Source of the DNA: an uncultured virus (IMG/VR IMGVR_UViG_3300037225_000630)
Lineage: Duplodnaviria; Heunggongvirae; Uroviricota; Caudoviricetes
Direction: 5' to 3' (one strand)
IMG/VR virus record: IMGVR_UViG_3300037225_000630
Length of the DNA stretch: 56,439 nucleotides
Each line of letters begins with the position of its first letter. The stretch's first letter is position 1. Shown one piece after another: positions 6,559 through 16,364 of the stretch. The notes beneath the pieces were generated by a model. It was not told the origin of the DNA and did no database searches. It was given only the letters and a program-made list of their open reading frames with translations. The translations under genes and the position numbers were made by a program.

Positions 6559-6863
6559 TCATCCAGCATGAAAGGAAGCACAAATGACTCCCTTTTCTAT
6601 AGTAGGTAAAGCCACACCAATAAATTCTACTTTAACTTGATCAGGATTATCCACCCACCCACGTTCAGGCGCTTCCCCCCACTCAGAAGTATTTGCTATA
6701 GGCCATCCTCTAAAAAATCTATAATGAGAATTAGGGTGAATCAAAGCAGCATCTTCAGAGGAATCTGCTGCTACTATTGCATCAGAATAAGTATCAAACC
6801 CGCTTTGTACAGTCTGTGAAATCCTATACAGATTTATTTCTTTTCTCCTTCTTAGATTCATAT
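6559..6863 (-). CDS. Conserved hypothetical phage protein (start uncertain)
   Basis: LYRISQ..GFDTYSDAIVAA...GVICASFHAG, a pattern recognised from small phage proteins. Confidence 0.7.
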
Positions 6864-7052
6864 GCCTTTTTTGCTTTATTACAAAGCTCACAAAGCTCTG
6901 CTTTATAACACAGCAAATTCTTATTACACTCCGCAGGTAATTTCCAGGTTTTCATACTCTTAACCTACTACAGTTTGATTAAACTGTCAAGCATTTTTTG
7001 CTAATTGTTTTCCATATTCTCTCCATGCTGTTATAGCTTTAGTCTGTTCTGG

Positions 7053-7148
7053 GCTATAATACTCCTTATTACATTCAGTACAACGACTTACCAGTTTTGT
7101 TATTGTCTGCTCTACAATCTTATGACAATATGGACACTCAGCTCTCAT
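7053..7148 (-). CDS. 31-aa zinc-ribbon peptide
   Basis: SD AGGGGG then MRAECPYCHKIVEQTITKLVSRCTECNKELL (two CxxC). Confidence 0.55.
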
Positions 7149-7159
7149 ATTACCCCCCT

Positions 7160-7203
7160 AAAAAATAACCCTGTCGAAGGCAATGAAGCTGATTCAACAG
7201 GGA
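7160..7203 (-). terminator. Rho-independent terminator
   Basis: CCCTGTTGAA...TTCGACAGGG followed by TTATTTTTT. Confidence 0.6.
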
Positions 7204-7228
7204 GCAAATACAGATATAATAATTAGTG

Positions 7229-7519
7229 CTAGTATGACAGCATCATATTGAGCTGTTCGAACTTACCCCTCAAACTCTCAAACTTATCTTCCTGAATTTC
7301 TACTTGAGAAGCATTAGAGAGTGCTTTCCATACTGTGAAGATTTCTTCATTAGTCAACTTCACCTCTTTTTTCTCAAGCTTGGCTTGAAGATTCATCTTC
7401 TCTGTGAGAGAATACTCCTGGGGGCATGAAAGATAAAATCCATCAAGAATATCCTCCAGTAAATCCAGTTCCTCATCCTCTAGTAACAACTTAGTTTCAA
7501 CCATTTTAGTTTCCTTCAC
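7229..7519 (-). CDS. Hypothetical protein
   Basis: ORF in a tightly packed operon. Confidence 0.7.
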   Translation of the reverse strand: MKETKMVETKLLLEDEELDLLEDILDGFYLSCPQEYSLTEKMNLQAKLEKKEVKLTNEEIFTVWKALSNASQVEIQEDKFESLRGKFEQLNMMLSY

Positions 7520-7883
7520 TTGAGCTTAGCTCCACTACGGGGGCATTCTTAACCATACTCTCTTCTTGCATTTCTGTCAATACCCTCTCTGCTACTTTTT
7601 CTGAATCCACATAAGCATCAACAGTACCATCACCATTGTCCATAATAAGTGCATTCTCTTCTGTAGGTTTCTTCTCCTGTTCCTTCTTCATTGCCTCCTC
7701 ATATTTCATCATAGCATTGATATAGGGTCGTAAATTAGCTAAACAGGAGCCACATACAATAGCCTCCTTCTCTTCATCCGTCTTTGGGTTCTTATACAAT
7801 CGAGGATAAGAATAAGCATGACAATAGGGGCATTGAATCATATCACCACCTACAGTGGTTCTAGTTGTGTTTTTTTTACTCAT
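7506..7883 (-). CDS. Hypothetical zinc-finger protein
   Basis: CPYC...CGSC, acidic tail. Confidence 0.7.
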   Translation of the reverse strand: MSKKNTTRTTVGGDMIQCPYCHAYSYPRLYKNPKTDEEKEAIVCGSCLANLRPYINAMMKYEEAMKKEQEKKPTEENALIMDNGDGTVDAYVDSEKVAERVLTEMQEESMVKNAPVVELSSSEGN

Positions 7884-7886
7884 AAT

Positions 7887-8426
7887 TTACTCCCACTTTC
7901 CTTCATCACCAGCCTCAGCAGCTAAATCCAGTTTCTCTTGTCGCCTTATTGCTTCTAAGTCTATATTAGCAGTATTACCACCATATTCTTTAGTTTCATC
8001 AGTATTAGGGTCGGTATAAATAGATCTAACAGAAGGGGCCTGTTCTCCCTTGGTTATTGACATTGTTTTACTAACAGGGATAGGGGCCATTTTAACATCA
8101 CCTTGAATATAAGATTTAATATTATTGATATGAGCTTCAACCTGATCAGGAGACTGCCAACCACCTTCACCTAATATTACTCTCCCTTCATCATTATACA
8201 CAGTATATCCATAGATACCACTTTCATCTTTACCTGCTTTCACTTTACCAGATTCAAATAAACGTTTTAGTATATTTACATTTTCAAATACTTCTTGGGG
8301 GGAGGCAAACCTAAAGTCCTCCAATAGAATGCGCTGAACAGTGTCAAACTTATTTTCACTATCAGTAAGATTAACTATTCTAAATCCCCATTTACGTGTT
8401 TGCTGATGCTGGGATACTACTACCAT
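7887..8426 (-). CDS. Hypothetical protein with two YegP/DUF1508-like repeats
   Basis: KWGFRIV..RILL..F.S..E....I and YGYTV..GRVILG..W.S......I.NIK. Confidence 0.5.
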   Translation of the reverse strand: MVVVSQHQQTRKWGFRIVNLTDSENKFDTVQRILLEDFRFASPQEVFENVNILKRLFESGKVKAGKDESGIYGYTVYNDEGRVILGEGGWQSPDQVEAHINNIKSYIQGDVKMAPIPVSKTMSITKGEQAPSVRSIYTDPNTDETKEYGGNTANIDLEAIRRQEKLDLAAEAGDEGKWE

Positions 8427-8786
8427 TTACTCTACCTTCTTACCACAATTAGTGCCATCAATAAAAGTATGGCAATCCAACAACGTCTTATATGTCAGGC
8501 AACTTATTCCTCCGTCCCAAATAACATAAACCCCATTATGGTCTTGAGAAGCAATAAGAAGCTTATGCTCTGGTTTTGATAGTATAATCTCCCCCACCAG
8601 AGTATCTTCATAAGTAAAAGGAACATATTCATCCTTTGGCTTTATTCTATAGTTATACTCAGGATTAAAAGAAGGTGAATCTATATACATATAACTCCCT
8701 CCATCTTTATTCTTTACTTGTACCTCTTTACCCTCAGCATATGCCTTAATGATAGGCCATAACTCTTTAGCCTGTTCTTTATTCAT
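8427..8786 (-). CDS. Conserved hypothetical phage protein
   Basis: LWPIIKAYAEGKEVQ...YRIKP pattern. Confidence 0.75.
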   Translation of the reverse strand: MNKEQAKELWPIIKAYAEGKEVQVKNKDGGSYMYIDSPSFNPEYNYRIKPKDEYVPFTYEDTLVGEIILSKPEHKLLIASQDHNGVYVIWDGGISCLTYKTLLDCHTFIDGTNCGKKVE

Positions 8787-9099
8787 TTGTAACCTCCCAT
8801 GCTTCTATAAGTTTCACTACTTCTGTAGCATACTTTTTTCTACCTTCTATTGTATGACAACATACCCACTCTATATAAGGACCATCAATACAATTATACA
8901 ATGGGCAATTAATTTCATTCCCTACTAAAGGATAATGAACTTTACATTTAGGGAACACTTCGCATAAAGCACAATAATACATAGTATCTAATTTATCAAG
9001 CATTTCTTTAGGAACTTGAGTTTTATCTTCTAGTTCTGGGTTATCTTTTAAGTATCTCCACATCTCTAATGCTATTTCTTTAGCTTCAGTCTTCGTCAT
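8779..9099 (-). CDS. Cys-rich hypothetical protein
   Basis: CALC..C..CPL; translationally coupled. Confidence 0.72.
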   Translation of the reverse strand: MTKTEAKEIALEMWRYLKDNPELEDKTQVPKEMLDKLDTMYYCALCEVFPKCKVHYPLVGNEINCPLYNCIDGPYIEWVCCHTIEGRKKYATEVVKLIEAWEVTNE

Positions 9100-9536
9100 G
9101 ATTCCTCCTTATGTATATGCTCATCACAGGATACATAATACCAACCATGATTTACTCTAGATTTACCTTGTTTTCCACATACCTCACAAGTATGAGTAGA
9201 AGCATTCTCTGCCATACTAATAGCACCAGAAATATAATCATCATCATAATTCGTATAAAATCTTAATGTACCAAATTTCTCTTTTACTTGGGTAGCCTGA
9301 CACTCAACATGAGGTATTTCTTTATTTTCTTTTTTGTTGACATAATCAATATTACTATTTACATTCTGTATATGATTTTTTATTACTTCACATAAATCAT
9401 GAATAATTTGATACCAGCCACCTTGACATTCGAATCCCCAGCACATACAGGTTTCCTGCATGTCCATATTACGTTGAATAAATATTTCTGGAAAATCAGC
9501 ACATAGTTTAGCATCCAGTTCGCTGTTCATGGGCAT
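9096..9536 (-). CDS. Conserved hypothetical phage protein
   Basis: GFECxxGW...QVKEKFGTLRFY...CEVCG motif. Confidence 0.8.
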   Translation of the reverse strand: MPMNSELDAKLCADFPEIFIQRNMDMQETCMCWGFECQGGWYQIIHDLCEVIKNHIQNVNSNIDYVNKKENKEIPHVECQATQVKEKFGTLRFYTNYDDDYISGAISMAENASTHTCEVCGKQGKSRVNHGWYYVSCDEHIHKEES

Positions 9537-9652
9537 CGCTCCTTTCTAATAAGGTTTCTAAGGCTCTATCAATATCCTCAATAGTATACTTTTCATACTT
9601 TTGATATTTATTACGCCAATAGCATACATCACATTTCATTATGATATCACAA

Positions 9653-9862
9653 TTACAATTTCGTTTCACCAAATTTTCCTAATTTTTGCTCTTTAGCACA
9701 ATCTAAACATATACCCCTAGACCGATGGATATCACTAGGAATAGAAGCATAACCAGATTTATACCACTCATGCCCACCCATCATCTGCCCACATGTAGGA
9801 CATGGTAGCCAGAAGTACCCACCTAGAGTAGCAATAAGATGATTTATTAACCTAAATTTCAT
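9653..9862 (-). CDS. Small zinc-finger protein
   Basis: GGYFWLPCPTCG..GHEW..CLDC. Confidence 0.7.
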   Translation of the reverse strand: MKFRLINHLIATLGGYFWLPCPTCGQMMGGHEWYKSGYASIPSDIHRSRGICLDCAKEQKLGKFGETKL

Positions 9863-10215
9863 TTTACTTTCTCCAAATATATCATTTGTAATCCATCAGT
9901 CTCATAAGGAATAAGTATTATTCTATCTCCCTTTTCCTGATATATATATTCTATATTTTCTATATATAGAAATTTAGTTGCATTTCCTTTCTGTGTCAAT
10001 ATAAAAGGATATTCTATAATAGTCAAATATATATCATTCATCATAGCCACAGTAGATTTAGCAAATAGAACAAAAGAATATGGTGAATGAGATGGGGGCA
10101 TTACTCTATATAGTCCCTGAACTATATCAGTGCTAACTGGATTAAATACATCCTTCTGAGCACTAATAAGAACTGTATTTAGACAGAGAAGCAACATGAG
10201 TATAATCTTCTTCAT
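9859..10215 (-). CDS. Secreted/periplasmic hypothetical protein
   Basis: N-terminal signal peptide MKKIILMLLLCLNTVLISA. Confidence 0.7.
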   Translation of the reverse strand: MKKIILMLLLCLNTVLISAQKDVFNPVSTDIVQGLYRVMPPSHSPYSFVLFAKSTVAMMNDIYLTIIEYPFILTQKGNATKFLYIENIEYIYQEKGDRIILIPYETDGLQMIYLEKVK

Positions 10216-10765
10216 CTATAGCCTCCAGCTTCTTACAATAAGATAATACTTGCTCTACTCGTTTGTCAATAGGTCCAGATATGTATTCAAACTTATCATG
10301 AGCAAAATCAGGTAGGAGTCTTGTTAATATTTCTGTTATTTCTTGTCGTTGTTTTTCATCTACAATTCTTACCCCATCTGTCTCAATAGGGAATTCAGAA
10401 TTGATAACAAAAACAATATCAATATATTTCATAAATTCATGAGACATATCAAACATAAAGTTAATAGCACCACGAGACATATTACTATTATGTCGTTTTT
10501 GATGATAAAAATAATAGGAAAGATTATCTATCACTGTTCTATCAAAAAAAGCATTCTTATACTGATTAACATGATAGAGTTGTAATGCTAATGTAGTCAA
10601 TTGTATATCAGTATTAGCAGTATCAAATCCTATATCATATTTTTGTTTCAAGTATCGAGTAGGAGAATCAAATACATGATAATCCTTGAAATAAGGAGCT
10701 TTTATTAATTCCTGTATAAGTGTAGTTTTACCTACAGATTGCGCTCCTGTTATCCCTATCTTCAT
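10163..10765 (-). CDS. P-loop nucleotide kinase (AAA_28/NadR-like)
   Basis: KIGITGAQSVGKTTL, DRTVIDNLSY, DGVR. Confidence 0.82.
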   Translation of the reverse strand: MKIGITGAQSVGKTTLIQELIKAPYFKDYHVFDSPTRYLKQKYDIGFDTANTDIQLTTLALQLYHVNQYKNAFFDRTVIDNLSYYFYHQKRHNSNMSRGAINFMFDMSHEFMKYIDIVFVINSEFPIETDGVRIVDEKQRQEITEILTRLLPDFAHDKFEYISGPIDKRVEQVLSYCKKLEAIDEEDYTHVASLSKYSSY

Positions 10766-11328
10766 TTACCCTCCATTTCCTTTATGAGCGCATTAAACTT
10801 CTTGTCAATACCGGCATCGGTATCTACTAAGGAGATTTCCTTTATCAACTTACAACCCCAATATCCCTGTCCCTCTGGTTTATCAGGCTGATAACGAGTA
10901 TCACTTCTTTTTTTCTGAAAACCTTCATATATTTCCAATACATTTGTATCCAAATTGATAATATATGCATATTCACAGAATAATGAATCTTTCATAAACT
11001 CTTGATTATCAATCATAAGCCCAACTTTAGAATGGGCTAACAAATCACCCTGAATATCACGTAATACACAATACCAATCTTCAGGAGATTTTGAATTTAC
11101 ATTTTTATTATAGTATTCAGCACACTTTAGAAATTGCTCTGTAGTGGGCTTATCATTACTATTAACCATAGTAATAACAGCAAAATCATTATTTATATCT
11201 TGTATAGACCTATTCTTTATATATTTTATTATATCTTTGCCTAAATATTCTAGATCAGAATCAAAATGATTGTAAGTTATTTTTGAAACCCCATCTTTGT
11301 AAAACCCATATGCTCCTCTGGTACCCAT
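10762..11328 (-). CDS. Conserved hypothetical phage protein
   Basis: MGTRG..YNHFDS..LG...DSLFCEYAYIINLD; strong SD and promoter. Confidence 0.8.
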   Translation of the reverse strand: MGTRGAYGFYKDGVSKITYNHFDSDLEYLGKDIIKYIKNRSIQDINNDFAVITMVNSNDKPTTEQFLKCAEYYNKNVNSKSPEDWYCVLRDIQGDLLAHSKVGLMIDNQEFMKDSLFCEYAYIINLDTNVLEIYEGFQKKRSDTRYQPDKPEGQGYWGCKLIKEISLVDTDAGIDKKFNALIKEMEGK

Positions 11329-11345
11329 AGTATCCTCCTTATTGA

Positions 11346-11374
11346 ACTATACTATTAATTCAAATTAAAGTCAA
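11346..11374 (-). promoter_or_regulatory. Sigma70-type promoter
   Basis: TTGACT-17 nt-TATAGT. Confidence 0.72.
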
Positions 11375-11811
11375 GATAGTAATTCAGGGTTATCGTGGAT
11401 GTTGCCAATAATCTCACAAAATTTTGCTTTAGCTTGCGTAATCTGTCCACCAAGTTCACCATATTCATAATCAGCATAATGTTGTCTATATCGTATATGC
11501 CCTTTATATCCAGTATCATACATATATGTATATTTCCGTAAAGATTTAAGAATATCCCCTTCATAAATTTCTTTTTTATTCTTATCATACAGCCCTATAA
11601 ACTGTCCTAATGTATTTATATCAATAGTGAAAGCAACATCATTCTGCACAATACAATGATGAGGCTTAACATCAATTCCAGATAAAAAATACATTCCTGA
11701 TTCTATTTTTTCTCCAGAATTCTCATCAGTCAAAGGAGTAATAAAATATTGTCCATATACCCATTGATAATCTCTGCCTAATACTTTAGCTCTAAACTTT
11801 ATTTCCCACAT
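11371..11811 (-). CDS. YopX family protein
   Basis: EIKFRAK..GQFIGLYDKNKKEIYEGDIL..IIGNIHDNPELL. Confidence 0.88.
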   Translation of the reverse strand: MWEIKFRAKVLGRDYQWVYGQYFITPLTDENSGEKIESGMYFLSGIDVKPHHCIVQNDVAFTIDINTLGQFIGLYDKNKKEIYEGDILKSLRKYTYMYDTGYKGHIRYRQHYADYEYGELGGQITQAKAKFCEIIGNIHDNPELLS

Positions 11812-12196
11812 CTTCTGCCTCCAATAATTCCGGATTTTCGTGGATGTTGCCAACGACTTCTATTGGTAGTTGTTGAACATCAACTCCAAGAATCCAATCA
11901 TTTCCAAACCAAAAAACACCATAATCCCATACTATTGAGCTTTTTACAGTATATCCCTCATTGTTTAGGAATCCTAATATATCCCCCTCATAAATATCCT
12001 GCCCTTTTTTATCCTTGAGTCCGGTGTACTGCTCGACAATTATATTATTTATATCAAGCAGGCCATGCATTTCATTTAACCAATTACCTGTAATTATTAT
12101 TTCTCCATATATAGAGCATCCCTCGTTATGCATTTCATATCCATGTAACCATTTCTTGTCTATATCATGCCATGCTCTAAACTTTATTTCACGCAT
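11792..12196 (-). CDS. YopX family protein
   Basis: MREIKFRAW..QYTGLKDKKGQDIYEGDIL..VVGNIHENPELL. Confidence 0.9.
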   Translation of the reverse strand: MREIKFRAWHDIDKKWLHGYEMHNEGCSIYGEIIITGNWLNEMHGLLDINNIIVEQYTGLKDKKGQDIYEGDILGFLNNEGYTVKSSIVWDYGVFWFGNDWILGVDVQQLPIEVVGNIHENPELLEAEDVGNKV

Positions 12197-12572
12197 GATT
12201 TTTCTCCTCTTCTACTCCTTCTATATTTTCATAAATAATAGCTAAATGATGTAGTATCTGTTGTAAACTTCTAGTTTCATGAGGATACAAAAGCATACTC
12301 TTAAATATTTCATGGGCAATATAATTCATAGAATCGAGCAATTCTTCTTTAGCATGTTCTAACGTAGGGGAGTTCATGGAATTAACAAAGGAAGATTGAA
12401 AAGACAATTCACCATATTTTTTTAATCCTGCATCTCTTTTTTTCTTCAGTACCTCCCCTAAGTTCTCTATTTCATACTCGGAAAAGGCATAACAAAAAAT
12501 ATCATTTATTATTTTTTCATAATAAGTATTATAATCTTGAGGTAATACTGCCATTACTTCTTTATAATCCAT
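12189..12572 (-). CDS. All-alpha NTP-pyrophosphatase-like protein
   Basis: R..G.KKYG...LEHAKEELLDSMNY (EExxD motif). Confidence 0.55.
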   Translation of the reverse strand: MDYKEVMAVLPQDYNTYYEKIINDIFCYAFSEYEIENLGEVLKKKRDAGLKKYGELSFQSSFVNSMNSPTLEHAKEELLDSMNYIAHEIFKSMLLYPHETRSLQQILHHLAIIYENIEGVEEEKNHA

Positions 12573-12575
12573 AAT

Positions 12576-13040
12576 TCAACCTCCATAAGGTGTTCCAATC
12601 AATTTTTCCATAACCCTATTTAATGCTACCTGAGCCTCTTCTTCTGTAATAGGACGATACTTATAATCTTCCATTTCCATAAACATCCCTATATCCTTTA
12701 AATGTAATTCTATAGAACTCTCGTTCTCATTCTCATAGAAAGTGAGAACTCTATATTGACCATAACCCCAACCCCCTTCACTAACAATATAATCTTTTAT
12801 TATATCATATTGATCCCAAGTATCATCAGAGCTATAACTATTACTATACTTATAGCACTTGCCTATATTAGCTTTTCTCTTCTTATCTAAAAATACTCTT
12901 TCCAATACTTCTTCCGCCTTATTTATTAATTCTCTCTCTTTTCCTAGCGAAGACTCATGTTCTTTGATATACTTCTCCAATGATGTTTTAGAGAGTTTCT
13001 GTATGTTTGTAGGTGTAGTAGGTAAATCATTCGCTTTCAT
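12576..13040 (-). CDS. Hypothetical protein
   Basis: ORF with SD AGGAG. Confidence 0.72.
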   Translation of the reverse strand: MKANDLPTTPTNIQKLSKTSLEKYIKEHESSLGKERELINKAEEVLERVFLDKKRKANIGKCYKYSNSYSSDDTWDQYDIIKDYIVSEGGWGYGQYRVLTFYENENESSIELHLKDIGMFMEMEDYKYRPITEEEAQVALNRVMEKLIGTPYGG

Positions 13041-13048
13041 ATTTACTC

Positions 13049-13564
13049 CTAAGGATATACAATCCTATTTACGGCTGCTGTATGCTCCAATAAATCACCA
13101 TACTCATGAGGAATTGCCCCCCACATTAATGTAGCTAACGTAGTACCATCTTCAATCAATGCTTTATACTCCACGTTTAGAATACCACAGAAAGGATTGA
13201 AATTTAATGTCAGATGCATACCAGCATCAATTAGCCGATATTGCTGAAGATAATGAAATACAGGCTCCTGCCACTTGAAAGGAAGAGCATCGGTGAACTC
13301 TACTTTATACGCTCCTGGTTCTAAATTATACATATATTCACCTGAAGGTAGCTGAACTTTATTTACTGCTCCTAATATATTGTTATTAGGCATTGCCTTT
13401 ACAAAGATTAAGGATTGCCCTCCCATCCGAATATATCGCTGTGCTTTCAAATCAAACCCTGTATACTCTAACACTTTCTTCTCCTTTTTTATTGCCATCT
13501 TCATTAAAGCAGCATTATATTTAATTCTCTCTTCTTTAGTAAATTCACGAAAATAACTACTCAT
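13049..13564 (-). CDS. Divergent dUTPase/dCTP deaminase-like protein
   Basis: GFDL...LEPGAYKVEF resembles the trimeric dUTPase fold, but the RSS motif is absent. Confidence 0.45.
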   Translation of the reverse strand: MSSYFREFTKEERIKYNAALMKMAIKKEKKVLEYTGFDLKAQRYIRMGGQSLIFVKAMPNNNILGAVNKVQLPSGEYMYNLEPGAYKVEFTDALPFKWQEPVFHYLQQYRLIDAGMHLTLNFNPFCGILNVEYKALIEDGTTLATLMWGAIPHEYGDLLEHTAAVNRIVYP

Positions 13565-13571
13565 TTTCCTT

Positions 13572-13934
13572 TTATTCCTCTAGTTTTTTTTGCGCTGCTG
13601 CTCTTATCTTCTTTTCCGATATCTGCCAAATTATATCTCCCTTACCATCATGAGCATCACCTACAAGTCTAATGAATAAATTAGATGGTGTCAAGAGGGG
13701 TGTGAACTTGGCTACTTTAGCTCCCGACACATAATCATCACCTTCATAGTCTATATGTAGGGTACCAATAAAAGGAATATGAATATCTTCTCCTGCAAGT
13801 AAAGATTCAATCTGACGTAAAAATGCTGATTCCAATACATTCCTAACTGTTAATAGTTTATAGGTTGATATGGCTGAAATCTCATTCATAAGTGAGGTTT
13901 CATATTCATTTATTTTTAGGTTATTATTGCTCAT
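13572..13934 (-). CDS. HU/IHF-like DNA-binding protein
   Basis: LMNEISA..VRNVLES..LLAGEDIHIPFIGTL..FTP.LTPS matches the HU/IHF pattern. Confidence 0.6.
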   Translation of the reverse strand: MSNNNLKINEYETSLMNEISAISTYKLLTVRNVLESAFLRQIESLLAGEDIHIPFIGTLHIDYEGDDYVSGAKVAKFTPLLTPSNLFIRLVGDAHDGKGDIIWQISEKKIRAAAQKKLEE

Positions 13935-15301
13935 TATTTTTCTCCTTGATATAATTGTCCCATTGCTTTCTTCATCTCCTTTATAGATGCTATTTTATAG
14001 AAACTAGTAGGAGGTCGGAACTGTACCATAGTACTATGAGTAAGAAAATCTGTAATCTTAACAGCATGGAATAAAGGTAATTCTACCTTTGCCGCTACAT
14101 CTTCTCGATTTAACATTTTACCCTTCTCGTCGAAGAGATTATCAATAAAAGCATCAATCAACTTATCCCTATCAATAACCTTACGAATTAAAGGAGGTAC
14201 TACTTCAGGGGGAGGCTCTATTACACCTACAGGAAATCCCTCTGAAACTTCATGAAATTCTTTCTTAGGTTCAGGTGGATTCAATTTAATAAACTCGTTT
14301 ACTTCTTCTTGCATACCCTCAAATTCAGGTTTTATATATACAGCCCCCTCCTTCTCCTTATCAAAAGCCTCTTTTATTTCCCCTGGCTTTAACTTCCTGT
14401 ATTCTTTTTCTTGTATGCCCTGTTCAAGCTTAGTTGTAATAGATTTTTCTTCTTCATCTTCTTTATCCATAGTGTTAAAATGTGGAGAGGTAATGAACAG
14501 ACCTACCTCAATCATAATGGCGAGCAAATAGAGTAATATAAACATAACAGTTCTATCAGACATACCTAAAGAGTCTCCCATCAACTGATACATTGTGCGA
14601 CCTTTGGTGCTATTAATTTTTATGTCCCCTAATCTCAGGTTCTGTAAAGTCTCATTATTTGTTTGTTTCAAGTCTAATTGCTTTTGTATATCATCATTGT
14701 TCTTGTCTATTCTTTTTTGATAAGCATCATATTTCTTTTGAAAATCTGTATCATTTTGTGAGTCCAATAGTCCTTGATTTTTAGCATAGTCAATATTCAG
14801 TTTTTTATCTTGGAGTATTCTATCATCTATAGCCTTCAATTTCTCAGTGTAAATATTTTGGGAATCAGTAGTCACTACTGATATTTTGGCTTGGGTAGTT
14901 AAATATACTGATTGTGCTATGTAACCATACGAGGCAGATATAGATAGGAAAGCAGCAAAAAGATAAATAATAAATCGAGTTTTACCTTGTCGTCTATGCC
15001 TTAAATAAGATTCAACAGTTTTAAGGAGTTTACCATCCTTTATTTTTTTTAAGTTTTGTGACTTGAACATACCCTTGATAAATTCATCAATATATCTAGC
15101 TTTTAATTGATCAGCTTGCCAGAATGATGTGTTATACCAAGTTAAGCATAGTATCTTGACAGCTTCAATAACTCCTGCTACAATAAGCATTATGAGAAAA
15201 GATAATAAATCATGAGATAATCCAGTGTATAAAATTATTCCTAATCCAGTAGAAACTATTGCTAACCCGAAGAATGCAATATATTGTAAAGTTTTGAGCA
15301 A
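13934..15301 (-). CDS. Membrane protein with coiled-coil region
   Basis: About four hydrophobic helices flanking a coiled-coil; TTG start with SD GAGG. Confidence 0.8.
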   Translation of the reverse strand: MLKTLQYIAFFGLAIVSTGLGIILYTGLSHDLLSFLIMLIVAGVIEAVKILCLTWYNTSFWQADQLKARYIDEFIKGMFKSQNLKKIKDGKLLKTVESYLRHRRQGKTRFIIYLFAAFLSISASYGYIAQSVYLTTQAKISVVTTDSQNIYTEKLKAIDDRILQDKKLNIDYAKNQGLLDSQNDTDFQKKYDAYQKRIDKNNDDIQKQLDLKQTNNETLQNLRLGDIKINSTKGRTMYQLMGDSLGMSDRTVMFILLYLLAIMIEVGLFITSPHFNTMDKEDEEEKSITTKLEQGIQEKEYRKLKPGEIKEAFDKEKEGAVYIKPEFEGMQEEVNEFIKLNPPEPKKEFHEVSEGFPVGVIEPPPEVVPPLIRKVIDRDKLIDAFIDNLFDEKGKMLNREDVAAKVELPLFHAVKITDFLTHSTMVQFRPPTSFYKIASIKEMKKAMGQLYQGEK

Positions 15302-15319
15302 AATTTACCTCTTCATTAT

Positions 15320-15348
15320 AGTATACTCTCTAAATTTAAAAATGTCAA
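15320..15348 (-). promoter_or_regulatory. Sigma70-type promoter
   Basis: TTGACA-17 nt-TATACT. Confidence 0.75.
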
Positions 15349-15467
15349 CAGGGGTACCCCTAATATTATTCTTATTATATTTATTGTATTATATTAGTAA
15401 TGTTAGCCTGGATTTCGAAGAATCAATAGCGTAGTATTTATAGAATTATATATAGTGAAAATTATAT

Positions 15468-16334
15468 GTGGGTATTGACTTTTATCACGAAGAAGGATAT
15501 ACTCTACATGTGAAGATAAAACGAGTAACAACAAATAGAACTATTACAGAAGAAGAATTCTTGCGGCTAAAGAAGATAAAGCCATTTTCTACCTTTAGAC
15601 AAGATAGCAAAGGTATTAATTTTGGTATGATATTTGGTATGTCTTTCAAGAAGTTTAGCTCTTCTACCCTGGAAACATCATGGTCCTATGAGCGAGTACA
15701 GGAGTTTGTAAAAGAGAGACACCTAGAAGATATAGTCAAGGAGATGCAGGAAAAATATTCAAATATTGATAGTAAGCTTTGGTCATATTATGCTGTAGCC
15801 AAATTCATTAGAGATAATTTTTTTGATACATATAAAGGTTTAATGAAACGAATAAAGAGAAATGAGGAGTTGGGGAAGACAGTCGGCTATATTCGTTCTT
15901 TCCATGGAGGAATTCGTAGAGTACCTTTATTATCTTTGGCAACGAATCCAGATACAGGTAGGTATAGGCGAGATGAAAATTTGAAAGAAGCCTCAGGGCT
16001 TGTAAATATTTGTGCTAATAGCACTATACAAACTGATGAATCAGCAGTAGTAGCAATAGCAGCATTAAAATGGAATTCTGGAGATAATGAGTGTAAAGCC
16101 TCTGTTGAAACTATTGGTTTTGTACATGATTCTCTGGATGCATATGTGGATAAAGATAGAATACTAGAAGTAATACCTAAATTAAAAGAAGTATTTGAGA
16201 TAGAGGAAAAGTGGCAGCAGGGGGTTAAATTTTTAATTGATATACAAATAGTAGATTTAGAAAATAAGGATCATTACTATAAAAAAGGAGTAGACTTTGA
16301 AAAGTTTTTGGAGGAGTATTCTGATACTAAATAA
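15468..16334 (+). CDS. Family A DNA polymerase, C-terminal fragment only
   Basis: Motif B RQDSKGINFGMIFG, GYIRSFHGGIRR, NSTIQ and motif C FVHDS are present; motif A and the exonuclease are absent. Confidence 0.85.
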   Translation: MGIDFYHEEGYTLHVKIKRVTTNRTITEEEFLRLKKIKPFSTFRQDSKGINFGMIFGMSFKKFSSSTLETSWSYERVQEFVKERHLEDIVKEMQEKYSNIDSKLWSYYAVAKFIRDNFFDTYKGLMKRIKRNEELGKTVGYIRSFHGGIRRVPLLSLATNPDTGRYRRDENLKEASGLVNICANSTIQTDESAVVAIAALKWNSGDNECKASVETIGFVHDSLDAYVDKDRILEVIPKLKEVFEIEEKWQQGVKFLIDIQIVDLENKDHYYKKGVDFEKFLEEYSDTK

Positions 16335-16364
16335 AAATGTATGGAATAATATATTGAGGAATTA

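Noticed and set aside
2964..6587. Plus-strand ORFs 2964-3146, 4962-5204, 5608-5793, 6257-6481, 6390-6587
   Set aside because: Antisense to RNAs or genes, no SD, atypical composition
15468..15560. Split intein C-fragment at the start of the polymerase ORF
   Set aside because: VKIKRV is suggestive, but there is no block F/G or HN/C-S-T junction
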